NCBI GenBank assembly: GCA_035453125.1
Contig: DAOTCN010000002.1
Location: 138,715 to 202,714 of the forward strand
Length of the DNA stretch: 64,000 nucleotides
Direction: 5' to 3'
Source: Minisyncoccota bacterium
GTDB lineage: Archaea; Nanobdellota; Nanobdellia; Pacearchaeales; GW2011-AR1
Below are positions 18,070 to 27,179 of the stretch, one piece after another. The translations under genes were made by a program, and so were the position numbers. Within the stretch, counting starts at the first letter, position 1. Every line of letters starts with the position of its first letter. The notes beneath the pieces were generated by a model that was given only the letters and a program-made list of their open reading frames with translations, searched no databases and was not told the DNA's origin.

Positions 18070-18451
18070 AGAAGAAAAAGAGCATATGGCTATTATGTAT
18101 ATTTATACTTCATTTAATAATACTATTTGTCATGTTACTGATATGTCAGGTTATACTATTGCTAGATGTTCTGGAGGTATGGTAACAAAACAAGATAGAC
18201 TAAAAGCTAATCCTACAACTGCAATGTTTATTGCAAAAAAAATTGGAGAAGAAATAAAAGAATTAGGAATAATTAATTTGTATGTAAAAATAAGAGGAAA
18301 AACTAATAGTCCCTCTGTTGGACCTGGTGCACATACAATTGTTAAAACATTATCAAGAGATGGATTTAAAATATTAAGTATTTCGGACATGACAAAAGTC
18401 CCAAGAGGTGGACCTAAACAAAAAGGAGGAAGAAGAGGTAGAAGAGTTTAA
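18062..18451 (+). CDS. rps11: 30S ribosomal protein S11 (uS11)
   Basis: IMYIYTSFNNTICHVTDMSG...GPGAHTIVKTLSRDGFKI...TKVPRGGPKQKGGRRGRR. Confidence 0.9.
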   Translation: MNKEEKEHMAIMYIYTSFNNTICHVTDMSGYTIARCSGGMVTKQDRLKANPTTAMFIAKKIGEEIKELGIINLYVKIRGKTNSPSVGPGAHTIVKTLSRDGFKILSISDMTKVPRGGPKQKGGRRGRRV

Positions 18452-18475
18452 TAAACCTTAAAAATTAATACTAAA

Positions 18476-19237
18476 ATGAAAACTGTACAAAAAACAAAAA
18501 ATGAAATGGGATTTATAATTGAAACAAATGAAGTCTTAGCAAATGCAATAAGAAGAAGTGTGAACGAAATCCCGACAATAGCTATTGATGAGGTTGAGAT
18601 ACAAAAAAATGATTCTGCGTTATATGATGAAATAATTGCACATAGATTAGGCCTTATACCTCTAAAAGAAAAAAGAAAGCTTAGTGAGTTTGAAAAATGT
18701 TCTTGTGATGGTAAAGGATGTAATAAATGTCAGATACAAATAGCTATTAAAATTAAAGGTCCTATAACTGTTTATTCAGATGATCTTAAAGGAGATGTTG
18801 AAATAATCTATGAAAAAATGCCAATTGTTATACTTGATAAAGACCAAGAATTTCAGGCGATTTGCTTTGCAAGACTTGGAAAGGCAATAAAACATGCTAA
18901 GTTTTCTCCGGGATTGACTTATTATAGAAATATTTCTGAAATAAAAATAAAAAATTCAAATGATGCTGAAGAAGTTATAAAAATTATTAGTGATGAATTA
19001 GTTAACCCTCCAAAGGGAAAAATAAAGAATGGAGAAGTATATGAATCTATAAAAGATATTGATTCTCTAGAAATATTATCCAAAAAAAACAACGATTGTA
19101 TTGAAATTAAACCTGGAGGAAAACTTGTTTTTATTATAGAATCATGGGGACAAAAAGACCCTAAAGAAGTATTTAAAGAATCTGTGGATACTCTTAATAA
19201 AAATCTAAATGAAGTTTTAAAAGTAATTAAAAAATAA
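18476..19237 (+). CDS. rpoD: DNA-directed RNA polymerase subunit D (Rpo3)
   Basis: ANAIRRSVNEIPTIAIDEVEI..NDSALYDEIIAHRLGLIPL, plus a cysteine cluster CSCDGKGCNKC. Follows S11 as in other archaea. Confidence 0.85.
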   Translation: MKTVQKTKNEMGFIIETNEVLANAIRRSVNEIPTIAIDEVEIQKNDSALYDEIIAHRLGLIPLKEKRKLSEFEKCSCDGKGCNKCQIQIAIKIKGPITVYSDDLKGDVEIIYEKMPIVILDKDQEFQAICFARLGKAIKHAKFSPGLTYYRNISEIKIKNSNDAEEVIKIISDELVNPPKGKIKNGEVYESIKDIDSLEILSKKNNDCIEIKPGGKLVFIIESWGQKDPKEVFKESVDTLNKNLNEVLKVIKK

Positions 19238-19245
19238 TTATGCGG

Positions 19246-19329
19246 GCGGGAATGCCGGAGTGGTCAAACGGATCACGTTAAGGCCGTGATGGCTTAGTGC
19301 CTGCGAAGGTTCGAATCCTTCTTCCCGCA
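19246..19329 (+). tRNA. class II tRNA-Leu, anticodon reads AAG (unusual A34)
   Basis: GCGGGAA TG ... A TCACG TTAAGGC CGTGA TGGCTTAGTGCCTGC GAAGG TTCGAAT CCTTC TTCCCGC A. Same architecture as the Leu(TAG) gene at 12660. Confidence 0.75.
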
Positions 19330-19372
19330 TAAAAAGAATTCAAAATAATATCTTCATTAAAAAATAGAAAAA

Positions 19373-19738
19373 ATGAATAAAACAAAAATAGAAAAAAAAC
19401 TTAAAAATAAAACGAATCAAGAGTTAGTTGATACAATAATTGCTGGAAAGAAGAATGAAAAATGGTTAGAGGTTGCACATTTAATATCAAAACCACGAAG
19501 AAAACAAAAAAAATATAATTTAGATGAAATAAATATGTTAGGAAAAGAAGGTTCAATAGTAGTTATTCCTGGAAAAGTTCTTTCAATAGGAAATATTGAT
19601 AAAAAAATAAAAGTTGTAGCTTTATCTTGCTCAGTAGTTGCTCTTAACAAAATGAAAAAAAATAAAATTGAATTTAGCTTAATTAAAGAAGAAATTAAAA
19701 AAAATCCTGATGCAAAAAATATTCAGATATTAAAATAA
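19373..19738 (+). CDS. rpl18e: 50S ribosomal protein L18e
   Basis: 121 aa. Conserved archaeal order rpoD-L18e-L13-S9. Contains ISKPRRKQ...VVIPGKVLSIG. Confidence 0.8.
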   Translation: MNKTKIEKKLKNKTNQELVDTIIAGKKNEKWLEVAHLISKPRRKQKKYNLDEINMLGKEGSIVVIPGKVLSIGNIDKKIKVVALSCSVVALNKMKKNKIEFSLIKEEIKKNPDAKNIQILK

Positions 19739-19739
19739 A

Positions 19740-20147
19740 ATGGAAAAAGAAATGATTATAGATGGAAAAAATGCAACCATGGGAAGACTTGCAGGATATG
19801 CTGCAAAACAAGCATTGCTAGGAAACAAGATTGTAATTGTAAATGCAGAAGAAGTGATTATAACTGGAAATAAAAAAGATATTGTTGAAAGTTATAAAAT
19901 ATTTTTAAAAAAGGGAGGAAGTAGCATGAAAGGACCAAAAGTCCCTAGAAATGCTGAAAGAATATTAAAGAGAACAATTAGAGGAATGTTACCTCATAAA
20001 CAAGGTAGGGGTGCTGAAGCACTAAAAAGAATTATTTGTTATGATAAAATTCCAGAAAAGTATACTAATTCAAAAAAGATTATAACTGGAAAAGAAAAAA
20101 CAGGAAAATCAATAACTTTAAAAGAATTGGTTAGTCTCATAAAATAA
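19740..20147 (+). CDS. rpl13: 50S ribosomal protein L13 (uL13)
   Basis: IIDGKNATMGRLAGYAAKQALLGNKIVIVNAE...RTIRGMLPHKQGRG. Confidence 0.9.
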   Translation: MEKEMIIDGKNATMGRLAGYAAKQALLGNKIVIVNAEEVIITGNKKDIVESYKIFLKKGGSSMKGPKVPRNAERILKRTIRGMLPHKQGRGAEALKRIICYDKIPEKYTNSKKIITGKEKTGKSITLKELVSLIK

Positions 20148-20148
20148 A

Positions 20149-20565
20149 ATGATTGCACAAAAAGAAAAAATAATTGTTACAAGTGGTAAAAGGAAAAGTT
20201 GTGTAGCGAAGGCAAAAATATCTCCTGGAAATGGAAAGATTACTATAAACAATTTACCTTCTAATTTACTTTATAAATTTCATCAAATGGCAATTGATGA
20301 ACCATTAATGATTGCTAAAAATATTTTAAAAAATATAGAATATGACATTGAAATTACAGTTACAGGCGGAGGGAGAGAAAGTCAAATTGAGGCTGCAAGA
20401 CTTGCATTAGCAAAAGCATTAGTTCAAAAAACAAAGTCAGAACCTTTAAAAAAAGCATTCTTAAAATATGATAAACAACTACTAATTGCAGATGTAAGAA
20501 GAAAAGAGGTTTATAAACCAGGTGATTCAAAGGCAAGATCGAGAAGACAAAAGTCTTACAGATAA
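20149..20565 (+). CDS. rps9: 30S ribosomal protein S9 (uS9)
   Basis: GKRKSCVAKA...GGGRESQIEAARLALAKAL...DVRRKEVYKPGDSKARSRRQKSYR. Confidence 0.9.
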   Translation: MIAQKEKIIVTSGKRKSCVAKAKISPGNGKITINNLPSNLLYKFHQMAIDEPLMIAKNILKNIEYDIEITVTGGGRESQIEAARLALAKALVQKTKSEPLKKAFLKYDKQLLIADVRRKEVYKPGDSKARSRRQKSYR

Positions 20566-20595
20566 ATTTATATTTTTAAAATTTATTTGTATATT

Positions 20596-21099
20596 ATGAA
20601 AAAAAGTGTTTTAATTATAGTTTTATTTTTAATTCTAACTTTAGTTGATTTAAGCTACGTATTAATCAGTAATCCTAACTTAATCGGAAATATAAGTTTA
20701 GATTTATTGTCTGAAGATGAAACAGTAACTGAAGAAAAAATAGTTACAAAAATTATTGATGGAGATACAGTTATTATTGAGGGAGGTGAAAGTGTAAGAT
20801 TACTTGGAATTGATTGTGATGAAAAGGGAAAGAAATGTTATAATATTGCTAAAAAAAGAATTGAGGAATTATTGTTAGGAAAAAAGGTTATTTTGGAAAG
20901 AGATATTGAAAATAAAGACCAGTATGGTAGATATTTAAGATATATAATCCTTGATAATGAAAACATTGATGCAAAAATGGTTAAAGAAGGATATTGTGTT
21001 GCAAGATTTCAAGGAGATTCAAAATATAAAACTGAAATACAAAATGCTGAAAGTTATGCTATATCTAATAAGATAGGATGTAAATGGGAAAGTAATTAA
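20596..21099 (+). CDS. secreted thermonuclease (SNase/micrococcal nuclease-like)
   Basis: Signal/TM segment, then IDGDTVII..GESVRLLGIDCDE...DQYGRYLRYI, a staphylococcal-nuclease-type pattern. ATG at 20596. Confidence 0.7.
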   Translation: MKKSVLIIVLFLILTLVDLSYVLISNPNLIGNISLDLLSEDETVTEEKIVTKIIDGDTVIIEGGESVRLLGIDCDEKGKKCYNIAKKRIEELLLGKKVILERDIENKDQYGRYLRYIILDNENIDAKMVKEGYCVARFQGDSKYKTEIQNAESYAISNKIGCKWESN

Positions 21100-21112
21100 T
21101 AAAGGGAGAAAG

Positions 21113-21946
21113 TTAAACCATCAAATTGTCTATTGGGGATTTAATTTTTTTAAGTTCTTCTGCTGAAACATGAGTATAAATTTGTGTTGTTGATAAATCT
21201 GAATGACCTAAAAGTTCCTGAATTTTTCTTATGTCTGTTCCATTTTCTAAAAGATGTGTTGCAAAACTATGTCTTAATGTATGTGGATGAACTTCTTTTG
21301 AAAGATTTGCTTTCTTTGATGCTAGTCTAACAATTTTTTCTATATTTCTTGTTGATAATTTACCTTTTGGTCCAGAAAATAAAAGATCATTACTATTTTC
21401 TTTTTGAGAACTAACATAATTTTTCAAATCTTCAATCAAAAATTCAGGAATATTAAATATACGATCTTTTCGGCCTTTTGCTTGTCTAACATGACCTATT
21501 TTTTCAATAAAATTTAAATCATTAATTTTTAAGTTAACTAATTCTGAAACTCTGAAACCACAAGCATAAATTAAACTAATCATTAATTTGCTTTTTTCAT
21601 TATTCAATGAATTAATCAAATCTTTTACTTCTTGTTTTGATAAAACTGCAGGAATTTTTCTTTCTTTTTTTGGACGTTTAATTGAAGATGTTATATCATT
21701 GTCAAGTATATTTGAAAAAGCATATTTTATTGCTGCTAAAAAAAGAATAATTGAAGAAGAAGATTTATCTGAAATTTTTTCAGACATAAATAATTTTAAG
21801 TCATCTTTTGTTATTTGATCCGGTATTTTATTTGAAAATTCGATTAAATCTTTATTTGCAATAAGATAATTTCGAATAGTATAATGTGAATTTTTTGAAA
21901 TTTTCAGTTCAACTTCTAGTTTTTTGAGGAATTCTTCTTTTTCCAT
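21113..21946 (-). CDS. xerA: tyrosine recombinase, XerA-like
   Basis: C-terminal catalytic region HPHTLRHSFATHLLENGTDIRKIQELLGHSDLSTTQIYTH, and RVSEL with the conserved Arg. 277 aa. Confidence 0.8.
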   Translation of the reverse strand: MEKEEFLKKLEVELKISKNSHYTIRNYLIANKDLIEFSNKIPDQITKDDLKLFMSEKISDKSSSSIILFLAAIKYAFSNILDNDITSSIKRPKKERKIPAVLSKQEVKDLINSLNNEKSKLMISLIYACGFRVSELVNLKINDLNFIEKIGHVRQAKGRKDRIFNIPEFLIEDLKNYVSSQKENSNDLLFSGPKGKLSTRNIEKIVRLASKKANLSKEVHPHTLRHSFATHLLENGTDIRKIQELLGHSDLSTTQIYTHVSAEELKKIKSPIDNLMV

Positions 21947-22453
21947 TTAAATTTTTCTTGAATCATAAGCCCAGTGCAATAATGCTTGACGCTGAACTTT
22001 TCTACACACTATATCTCCTTTTTTACAATTTTTTTTAACTTGTGCTACATGTCTTTTAATTTGTTTCCATCTTTTTATTTGTCTTTCATCTTCTTTCTTA
22101 ATTCTACGTCCCATATAATATCTGCAATACCACTGAAACCAACCTCTTGGATCTTCTTTGTATATCCAACCTTTTTTTCTCCAAACAGAAAGTGGTTGAG
22201 ATGCATTAACGCCAAAATAATTTAGTTTAGGGTCATGAAATTCGTGACACAATTTTGCTTTTTGAAACCAATTTTTTGGAAATTCTTTTTTACAGTCAGT
22301 CATATATTTTCCACCAAAAACCCCTAATTCAAGCATTTGTTTTGGTGTAAGTTCTGGTTTAAAATCTTGATGAAAATTTTTTCCGGGTAATTCATTTAAC
22401 TCATAATAATAGTTTGTTTGCATTAAATCATTAACAATCACCAATTTTTTCAT
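21947..22453 (-). CDS. conserved hypothetical protein (basic, Trp-rich)
   Basis: 168 aa with distinctive PRGWFQWYCRYYMGRR and QIKRWKQIKRH segments. Family not recognised with confidence. Confidence 0.35.
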   Translation of the reverse strand: MKKLVIVNDLMQTNYYYELNELPGKNFHQDFKPELTPKQMLELGVFGGKYMTDCKKEFPKNWFQKAKLCHEFHDPKLNYFGVNASQPLSVWRKKGWIYKEDPRGWFQWYCRYYMGRRIKKEDERQIKRWKQIKRHVAQVKKNCKKGDIVCRKVQRQALLHWAYDSRKI

Positions 22454-22522
22454 TTATATGATTGTGCGAACACATTTATAAATCTTAAGAAAGCTTAAAA
22501 ATAAGATTGAATAAGTGATTAT

Positions 22523-22642
22523 ATGACAAAGAAAAAAGAGAAATATATATGTGAAATTTGTGGGAATGTTGTTGAAGTTATTGAAGAGGGGGCTGGAACT
22601 CTGGTTTGTTGTGGTGAACTAATGAAGTTAGTTAAGAAATGA
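22523..22642 (+). CDS. desulforedoxin-like small iron protein (39 aa), not in the ORF track
   Basis: MTKKKEKYICEICGNVVEVIEEGAGTLVCCGELMKLVKK, with the CxxCGN...CCG pattern of desulforedoxin / the Dfx N-domain. Confidence 0.65.
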   Translation: MTKKKEKYICEICGNVVEVIEEGAGTLVCCGELMKLVKK

Positions 22643-22688
22643 TTTAGTAATTAAGAAATTTTATAAACTAATAAATATTCTTTTCAGC

Positions 22689-23042
22689 ATGGTATGGAAA
22701 AATCTTGCTCCAAATCTCATTCGTCAAAGAGTAATTATAGAATTAACTACTGATAAAATTGTAAAACCTGTGCAAATGAAATCTTATCTTAAAAGGTTAG
22801 CAGAGATTACTAAAATGGAAGTTTTATCGGAACCTATAGCCTATACTGCTCATGATATGGGCTTTGGTGGTTGGATACATTGGAAATCATCAGGAGCAAC
22901 AGTCTATAGTTATCCTACTAATCCGCCACTATTTACAGTTGATTGTTATACTTGCAAACCCTTTTCTGCAAAAATGGCTGCTGAATTTACAAAGAAATAT
23001 TTTAATGCTATAGACTTAGTGTGGCAAGAAGTAAAGGTTTAA
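22689..23042 (+). CDS. S-adenosylmethionine decarboxylase-related (SpeH/AdoMetDC-like) protein
   Basis: GWIHWKSSGATVYSYPTNPPLFTVDCYTCKPF resembles the ..S.HTWPE....D..TCG core of PF02675-type proteins. 117 aa. Confidence 0.45.
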   Translation: MVWKNLAPNLIRQRVIIELTTDKIVKPVQMKSYLKRLAEITKMEVLSEPIAYTAHDMGFGGWIHWKSSGATVYSYPTNPPLFTVDCYTCKPFSAKMAAEFTKKYFNAIDLVWQEVKV

Positions 23043-23047
23043 CTAAA

Positions 23048-23626
23048 TTAGTAATTTTCCTCTAAGACTTCATAATAAGACTGAGGATGTTTACATGCCG
23101 GACACTGATCTGGAGCATCTTTACCTTCGTGAACATAACCACAATTTCGACATTTCCATTTTACTACTTTATCTTTTTTGAAAACTTTTTTGTTTTTTAC
23201 ATTTTCTAAAAGTTTTCTATATCTTTTTTCGTGTTGTTCTTCAACTTCACCAATTTCTTTAAATGAATCTGCAATATCCTTAAATCCTTCTTTTCTTGCA
23301 ACTTTTTCAAATTCAGGATATAAAGCACTCCATTCTTCTTTTTCTCCGTTTGCAGCAGCAAGCAAGTTTTCAGAAGTATCTCCAATTTTCCCAGCAGGAT
23401 ACATTGCTGTTATTTCAACACCACTACCTCTTGTTAAATACTTAAAAAACACTTTAGCATGCTCTTTTTCATTGTCTGCAGTTTCTAAAAATATTGCTGA
23501 AATTTGTTCAAACCCTTCTTTTTTAGCAATACTTGCAAAATAAGTATATCTGTTTCTTGCTTGACTTTCACCCGCAAAAGCTTTTAACAAATTTTTTTCA
23601 GTTTCAGTTCCTTTTAACTCTTTCAT
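23048..23626 (-). CDS. rbr: rubrerythrin
   Basis: Ferritin-like four-helix domain (EKNLLKAFAGESQARNRY..., EEQHEKRY) plus a C-terminal rubredoxin-like CRNCG...CPACKHP. Confidence 0.9.
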   Translation of the reverse strand: MKELKGTETEKNLLKAFAGESQARNRYTYFASIAKKEGFEQISAIFLETADNEKEHAKVFFKYLTRGSGVEITAMYPAGKIGDTSENLLAAANGEKEEWSALYPEFEKVARKEGFKDIADSFKEIGEVEEQHEKRYRKLLENVKNKKVFKKDKVVKWKCRNCGYVHEGKDAPDQCPACKHPQSYYEVLEENY

Positions 23627-23650
23627 TGTTTTATCCTCTTGTTTTTAAAT

Positions 23651-23766
23651 TAAACAGTTGTCTAAACAGCTGTTTGTTTAAATATTTTGCTGTTTAAAAC
23701 ATAAAAACACTTGTTTATTTCAGTGTTTATAATATATATTTTTATTTTAAATTATGTTTAAAAACA
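23651..23766. promoter_or_regulatory. cluster of TGTTTAAA / AAACAGCTGTTT operator-like motifs in the rubrerythrin-HAD divergent intergenic region
   Basis: TAAACAGTTGTCTAAACAGCTGTTTGTTTAAA...GCTGTTTAAAAC...ATGTTTAAAAACAG. The perfect palindrome AAACAGCTGTTT lies at 23664-23675. Confidence 0.5.
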
Positions 23767-23784
23767 GAGAGATTTAATAATTAA

Positions 23785-24522
23785 ATGGATAAACGAAAAA
23801 ATTTTATAAATGGAATTTGGTTTGATTCTGATGGCACTTTAGTAGACTCTTTACCTGCTCATATTTTATTTTTAAATGATTTAAATGAAGAATATAAACT
23901 TGGATTAAAATTACCATCACAGACAGATCGTGTAAGTATGGAAAAAATGTGTGAAACACCTATGGATGCTTTTTTTCTAAGGGCTGGATTTTTAAAAGAA
24001 GATGTTAATAAGTTTTTAGAAATTTACAAAACAAAATTTTGTACTGATTCAAAATATGTTTCAAAACCTTTTGAGGGTATTGAAGAGTTGATTAGCTATC
24101 TTAAAAGGTCTGGTGTAAGTCCTTTAGCAGTAATTAGTTCAAATTATGAAACAAATCTTAGACGAGATTTAGGACCTCTTTTTAATTGCTTTGATAAAGT
24201 TGTTGATAAAAATTATCTTGATAGATTTTGTAAAGGAAGTAAGGGAATTGCACTAAATACTGAACTACTAATGCTTGATAATCCCTGGCCTTACTCTTAT
24301 TTTTATATTGGAGATACAGAAAGTGATTTTCGTGCTGCTCAATTTTCAGGAGTTAATTTTATTGGAGTGGGTTATGGATGGCAAATAAAGAAAAAAGGAG
24401 AGGAAAAATTTCCTGTGGCAGAAACTCCTAAAAAGTTAATGAACTTAATTAAACAAACAAATGAATTAGGTTATAGCAGATGTGAACAAAGTCACCAATA
24501 TAGGATACCTCATACCTCTTAA
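23785..24522 (+). CDS. HAD-superfamily hydrolase (phosphoglycolate-phosphatase-like)
   Basis: Motif I WFDSDGTLVDS, motif II VISSNY, motif IV-like IGDTESD. Confidence 0.75.
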   Translation: MDKRKNFINGIWFDSDGTLVDSLPAHILFLNDLNEEYKLGLKLPSQTDRVSMEKMCETPMDAFFLRAGFLKEDVNKFLEIYKTKFCTDSKYVSKPFEGIEELISYLKRSGVSPLAVISSNYETNLRRDLGPLFNCFDKVVDKNYLDRFCKGSKGIALNTELLMLDNPWPYSYFYIGDTESDFRAAQFSGVNFIGVGYGWQIKKKGEEKFPVAETPKKLMNLIKQTNELGYSRCEQSHQYRIPHTS

Positions 24523-24528
24523 AATTTA

Positions 24529-24555
24529 GATGTTTAAACAGGTGTTTAAGAAACA
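24529..24555. promoter_or_regulatory. two further TGTTTAA motif copies directly after the HAD gene
   Basis: GATGTTTAAACAGGTGTTTAAGAAACA. Confidence 0.4.
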
Positions 24556-24584
24556 TTTATTAAGCTAACAAGCTAAATTAATTA

Positions 24585-24881
24585 ATGAATAATAAATGGA
24601 GTGTGATTGGACTTTGTTTGGGAATATTAACAATAACTGTAATTATATTAATTTTTTTATTTGCCTTTTTGATGTCTCCTATTGAAAATGGCTTTTTCAT
24701 ATTAGTAATATTAATTTTTTTAAACATTATAAGCATTTTAGGAATAGTGTTCTCAATTATAGGATTAAGAATTAATATAAAAAATAATGAAAAAAAGAAA
24801 ATGGCAATAATTGGATTGGTTATTTCAGTGATTTCTCTTATTATATCTTCTTGGTTAATTTTTTTGGTTTATGGTAATTAA
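24585..24881 (+). CDS. small membrane protein (ORFan)
   Basis: 98 aa with three hydrophobic helices. Confidence 0.4.
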   Translation: MNNKWSVIGLCLGILTITVIILIFLFAFLMSPIENGFFILVILIFLNIISILGIVFSIIGLRINIKNNEKKKMAIIGLVISVISLIISSWLIFLVYGN

Positions 24882-25006
24882 GTCCTACTTTTAATTATTT
24901 TTAGGCACTTTTCTTTATGCTAAATATTTTAAGAGATGATTAAATATTTTAGCAGAATAAATTGATATTTAGAAAGTTATAAAAACTTAAAATAAGCTGT
25001 TAAAGT

Positions 25007-25225
25007 ATGGAAAACTTTTTAGAATGGTTGTTAGAAGAAGAGATAGTTGAGTTTGAAAAGAAAAAATTCTGTGGTTTAACATATGATAAATTGGTTTCAA
25101 GAAGATATCCTTATAATGGTTATGTACTTGAACCTGGGGAGCAAGTTGTTCATCCAAACCTAAGGAAGGCTAGTATTGTTGCTATGACTTTTTTTGGAGT
25201 AATGGATTTGTTAAATATTTATTAA
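25007..25225 (+). CDS. hypothetical protein (ORFan)
   Basis: 72-aa ORF with no recognisable motif. Confidence 0.3.
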   Translation: MENFLEWLLEEEIVEFEKKKFCGLTYDKLVSRRYPYNGYVLEPGEQVVHPNLRKASIVAMTFFGVMDLLNIY

Positions 25226-25261
25226 AGAAAAATATAAAAAGATAAATTGATTTGTTAGTTA

Positions 25262-25609
25262 ATGAAAAAGAGCTGGAATAAAAGTGATTGGGTAGCAGTT
25301 CTAATTGTTTTTATTGTCCTGATGTTATTTTCTTCTATTGTACTAGGTCCTTGGGGAAAAGTGATAGTAAAAGAACCAAATGAAAGAAGGAATGGGATTT
25401 ATGGATATCCACTATCATTCTATGCAAGTGGTGCAAAAAGAATATGTCTTATGTTTGGTGATGAAGGATGTCCCGAAAGTTGGAAAGAACAAAAAGATGC
25501 TTTTGCTTTATTCTTTGACTTACTACTTTGGTTTTTAGTATCTGTTGTGGTTGTTATTAGAACAAAGAGAATTATTAGTTATATCAAAAAACCTCGTTCT
25601 AGAGCCTAA
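25262..25609 (+). CDS. membrane protein (ORFan)
   Basis: 115 aa with N- and C-terminal TM helices. Confidence 0.35.
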   Translation: MKKSWNKSDWVAVLIVFIVLMLFSSIVLGPWGKVIVKEPNERRNGIYGYPLSFYASGAKRICLMFGDEGCPESWKEQKDAFALFFDLLLWFLVSVVVVIRTKRIISYIKKPRSRA

Positions 25610-25749
25610 AAACCAGTGATTTTACGGGTTGTAACAATACATCTTGTGCGAAGCTTTTTGATGTTTTTGGGTTTTTTTAGGTACTTTAAGAGTTTTAGAA
25701 AAAAATTCAGAAAAGAAAAACTTAAAAAGAAAGGGGCTATATCAAAAGT

Positions 25750-25962
25750 ATGAAACAAAAAGAATTTGCATTAAATTTTATAGAATATTTAAAGAAAAAT
25801 AACCCTCAAGCAGAACGAACTGTGGCAAGTGCTTGGTATGTTGGTCAAAGAGTTTATGAATATCTTGAAAATAATAACCTTCCTACAGATGAAAAAAATT
25901 TATCTTTTTTTGCAGAAATTTATGGTGAAGCATTTAGAAAAGGTATTAAAAATTATTCTTAA
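25750..25962 (+). CDS. hypothetical protein (ORFan)
   Basis: 70-aa helical ORF. Confidence 0.3.
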   Translation: MKQKEFALNFIEYLKKNNPQAERTVASAWYVGQRVYEYLENNNLPTDEKNLSFFAEIYGEAFRKGIKNYS

Positions 25963-25972
25963 TTAAATTATT

Positions 25973-26035
25973 TATTAATTGTACGAACTTATTGACTGTG
26001 TTGGAAGTTTTAAGAAATGCTTAAAGTTTTTAGCT
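25973..26035 (+). repeat. conserved intergenic element, copy A (TTATTAATTGTACGAACTTATT...GTTTTAAGAAATGCTTAAAGTTTTTAGC)
   Basis: About 63 nt, aligning along its full length with copy B at 27180-27241. Lies between convergent genes. Confidence 0.75.
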
Positions 26036-26067
26036 AAAATAATTATCTGATTTTAACAAACTTTTTG

Positions 26068-26355
26068 TTAGATATAATCTGGAAAATTGTTTGGTGGTAA
26101 TTCTAAATTATCTTTTATACAAATATCTCCAAGGCATGATAAAATTGGACGGTTTATTTGTTCTGAAGAGTCATATCTTGAATCAACTTTTGAATCTTCA
26201 AAAGTTATGGTTATACTTACTTCAGAAGAACTACTTAAATTAATATCTAAAACAGTATACTTTTTTCCGTCTTCGGTTTGAAATGTTTTGCCTTCTAATC
26301 CAGCATGTAAAATACAATATTTTAGTGTTTTTCTTAACTTATTTTCTTTTGACAT
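26068..26355 (-). CDS. hypothetical protein (ORFan)
   Basis: 95-aa ORF. Confidence 0.3.
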   Translation of the reverse strand: MSKENKLRKTLKYCILHAGLEGKTFQTEDGKKYTVLDINLSSSSEVSITITFEDSKVDSRYDSSEQINRPILSCLGDICIKDNLELPPNNFPDYI

Positions 26356-26486
26356 GTTTTTTAAGAATAATTGAGATATTTAAGTTTTTATGTGACCTTA
26401 AACATTTAAGAAAGTTAATTTATGATAAAACTTTTAAGCAAAAATAGGAATGTTTAGCAATAAAGAGTTATGACAAGCTAAAAGAA

Positions 26487-27125
26487 TTAAACATAAGTTT
26501 TAGTAAGAACTGATTCAAACTTGATTTTAAAAGGATTAAATATCTTATTCTTAATTCTACTTAAAGAAGAAACATTAAACCAGTTTAGTGCTTTAAGATT
26601 AATTGAACTTTCTAACTCTTCCTCAGTTTTTGGTAAAAATTTATAACTTCTTGCCTTGTCGCAATTTTCATAACCATAAGATTTTCTTTCAAATTCATAT
26701 ACTAACTTATCATTTTTCTCCCATTCTAATCTTGCCATTTGATTGTAACCTTCTTGGACAAAGTTTAGTGGTTTAATCCTAACGTCTTGACTTTTAAGAG
26801 GTTTATTTCTCTCAGATTTATCCATACTCAAAAGTCTATAGTGTTGGTCTCTTATGTATCCAGTAAATAGTCTTCCTACCCTATCAACTAAAAAATAATC
26901 AAGATTATTGGTTTTAACTGCATTTGATATAAGAGGTTTATAATAATTATCTACTATGTGTCTTATTTGTTTATATTGACTTAAAGTTAAATTTTCTGCA
27001 TTACTACTTAGATAAACTGATAGTTCAATAGTCATATCAAATAAAGAATCAGGATTATAACTGTTGTTTAATCCCAATCCTTGACTGAGTATTGATTCTA
27101 ATTCAGTTTCATATTGTTTATTCAT
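26487..27125 (-). CDS. hypothetical protein (ORFan, 212 aa)
   Basis: Long uninterrupted ORF with no recognisable motif. Confidence 0.4.
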   Translation of the reverse strand: MNKQYETELESILSQGLGLNNSYNPDSLFDMTIELSVYLSSNAENLTLSQYKQIRHIVDNYYKPLISNAVKTNNLDYFLVDRVGRLFTGYIRDQHYRLLSMDKSERNKPLKSQDVRIKPLNFVQEGYNQMARLEWEKNDKLVYEFERKSYGYENCDKARSYKFLPKTEEELESSINLKALNWFNVSSLSRIKNKIFNPFKIKFESVLTKTYV

Positions 27126-27179
27126 TATTTTACCACAAAACGTGTATTTTTAAAGATATAGATATAATGTCTAAATTTT

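Noticed and set aside
21113-21946. Tyrosine recombinase as the integrase of the ORFan island, or as an integron-type integrase for the cassette-like elements
   Set aside because: It is 277 aa with standard Xer-type motifs and no extra IntI-type insertion. It is separated from the island by housekeeping-type genes, with no flanking direct repeats seen. The chromosomal XerA is the simpler call.
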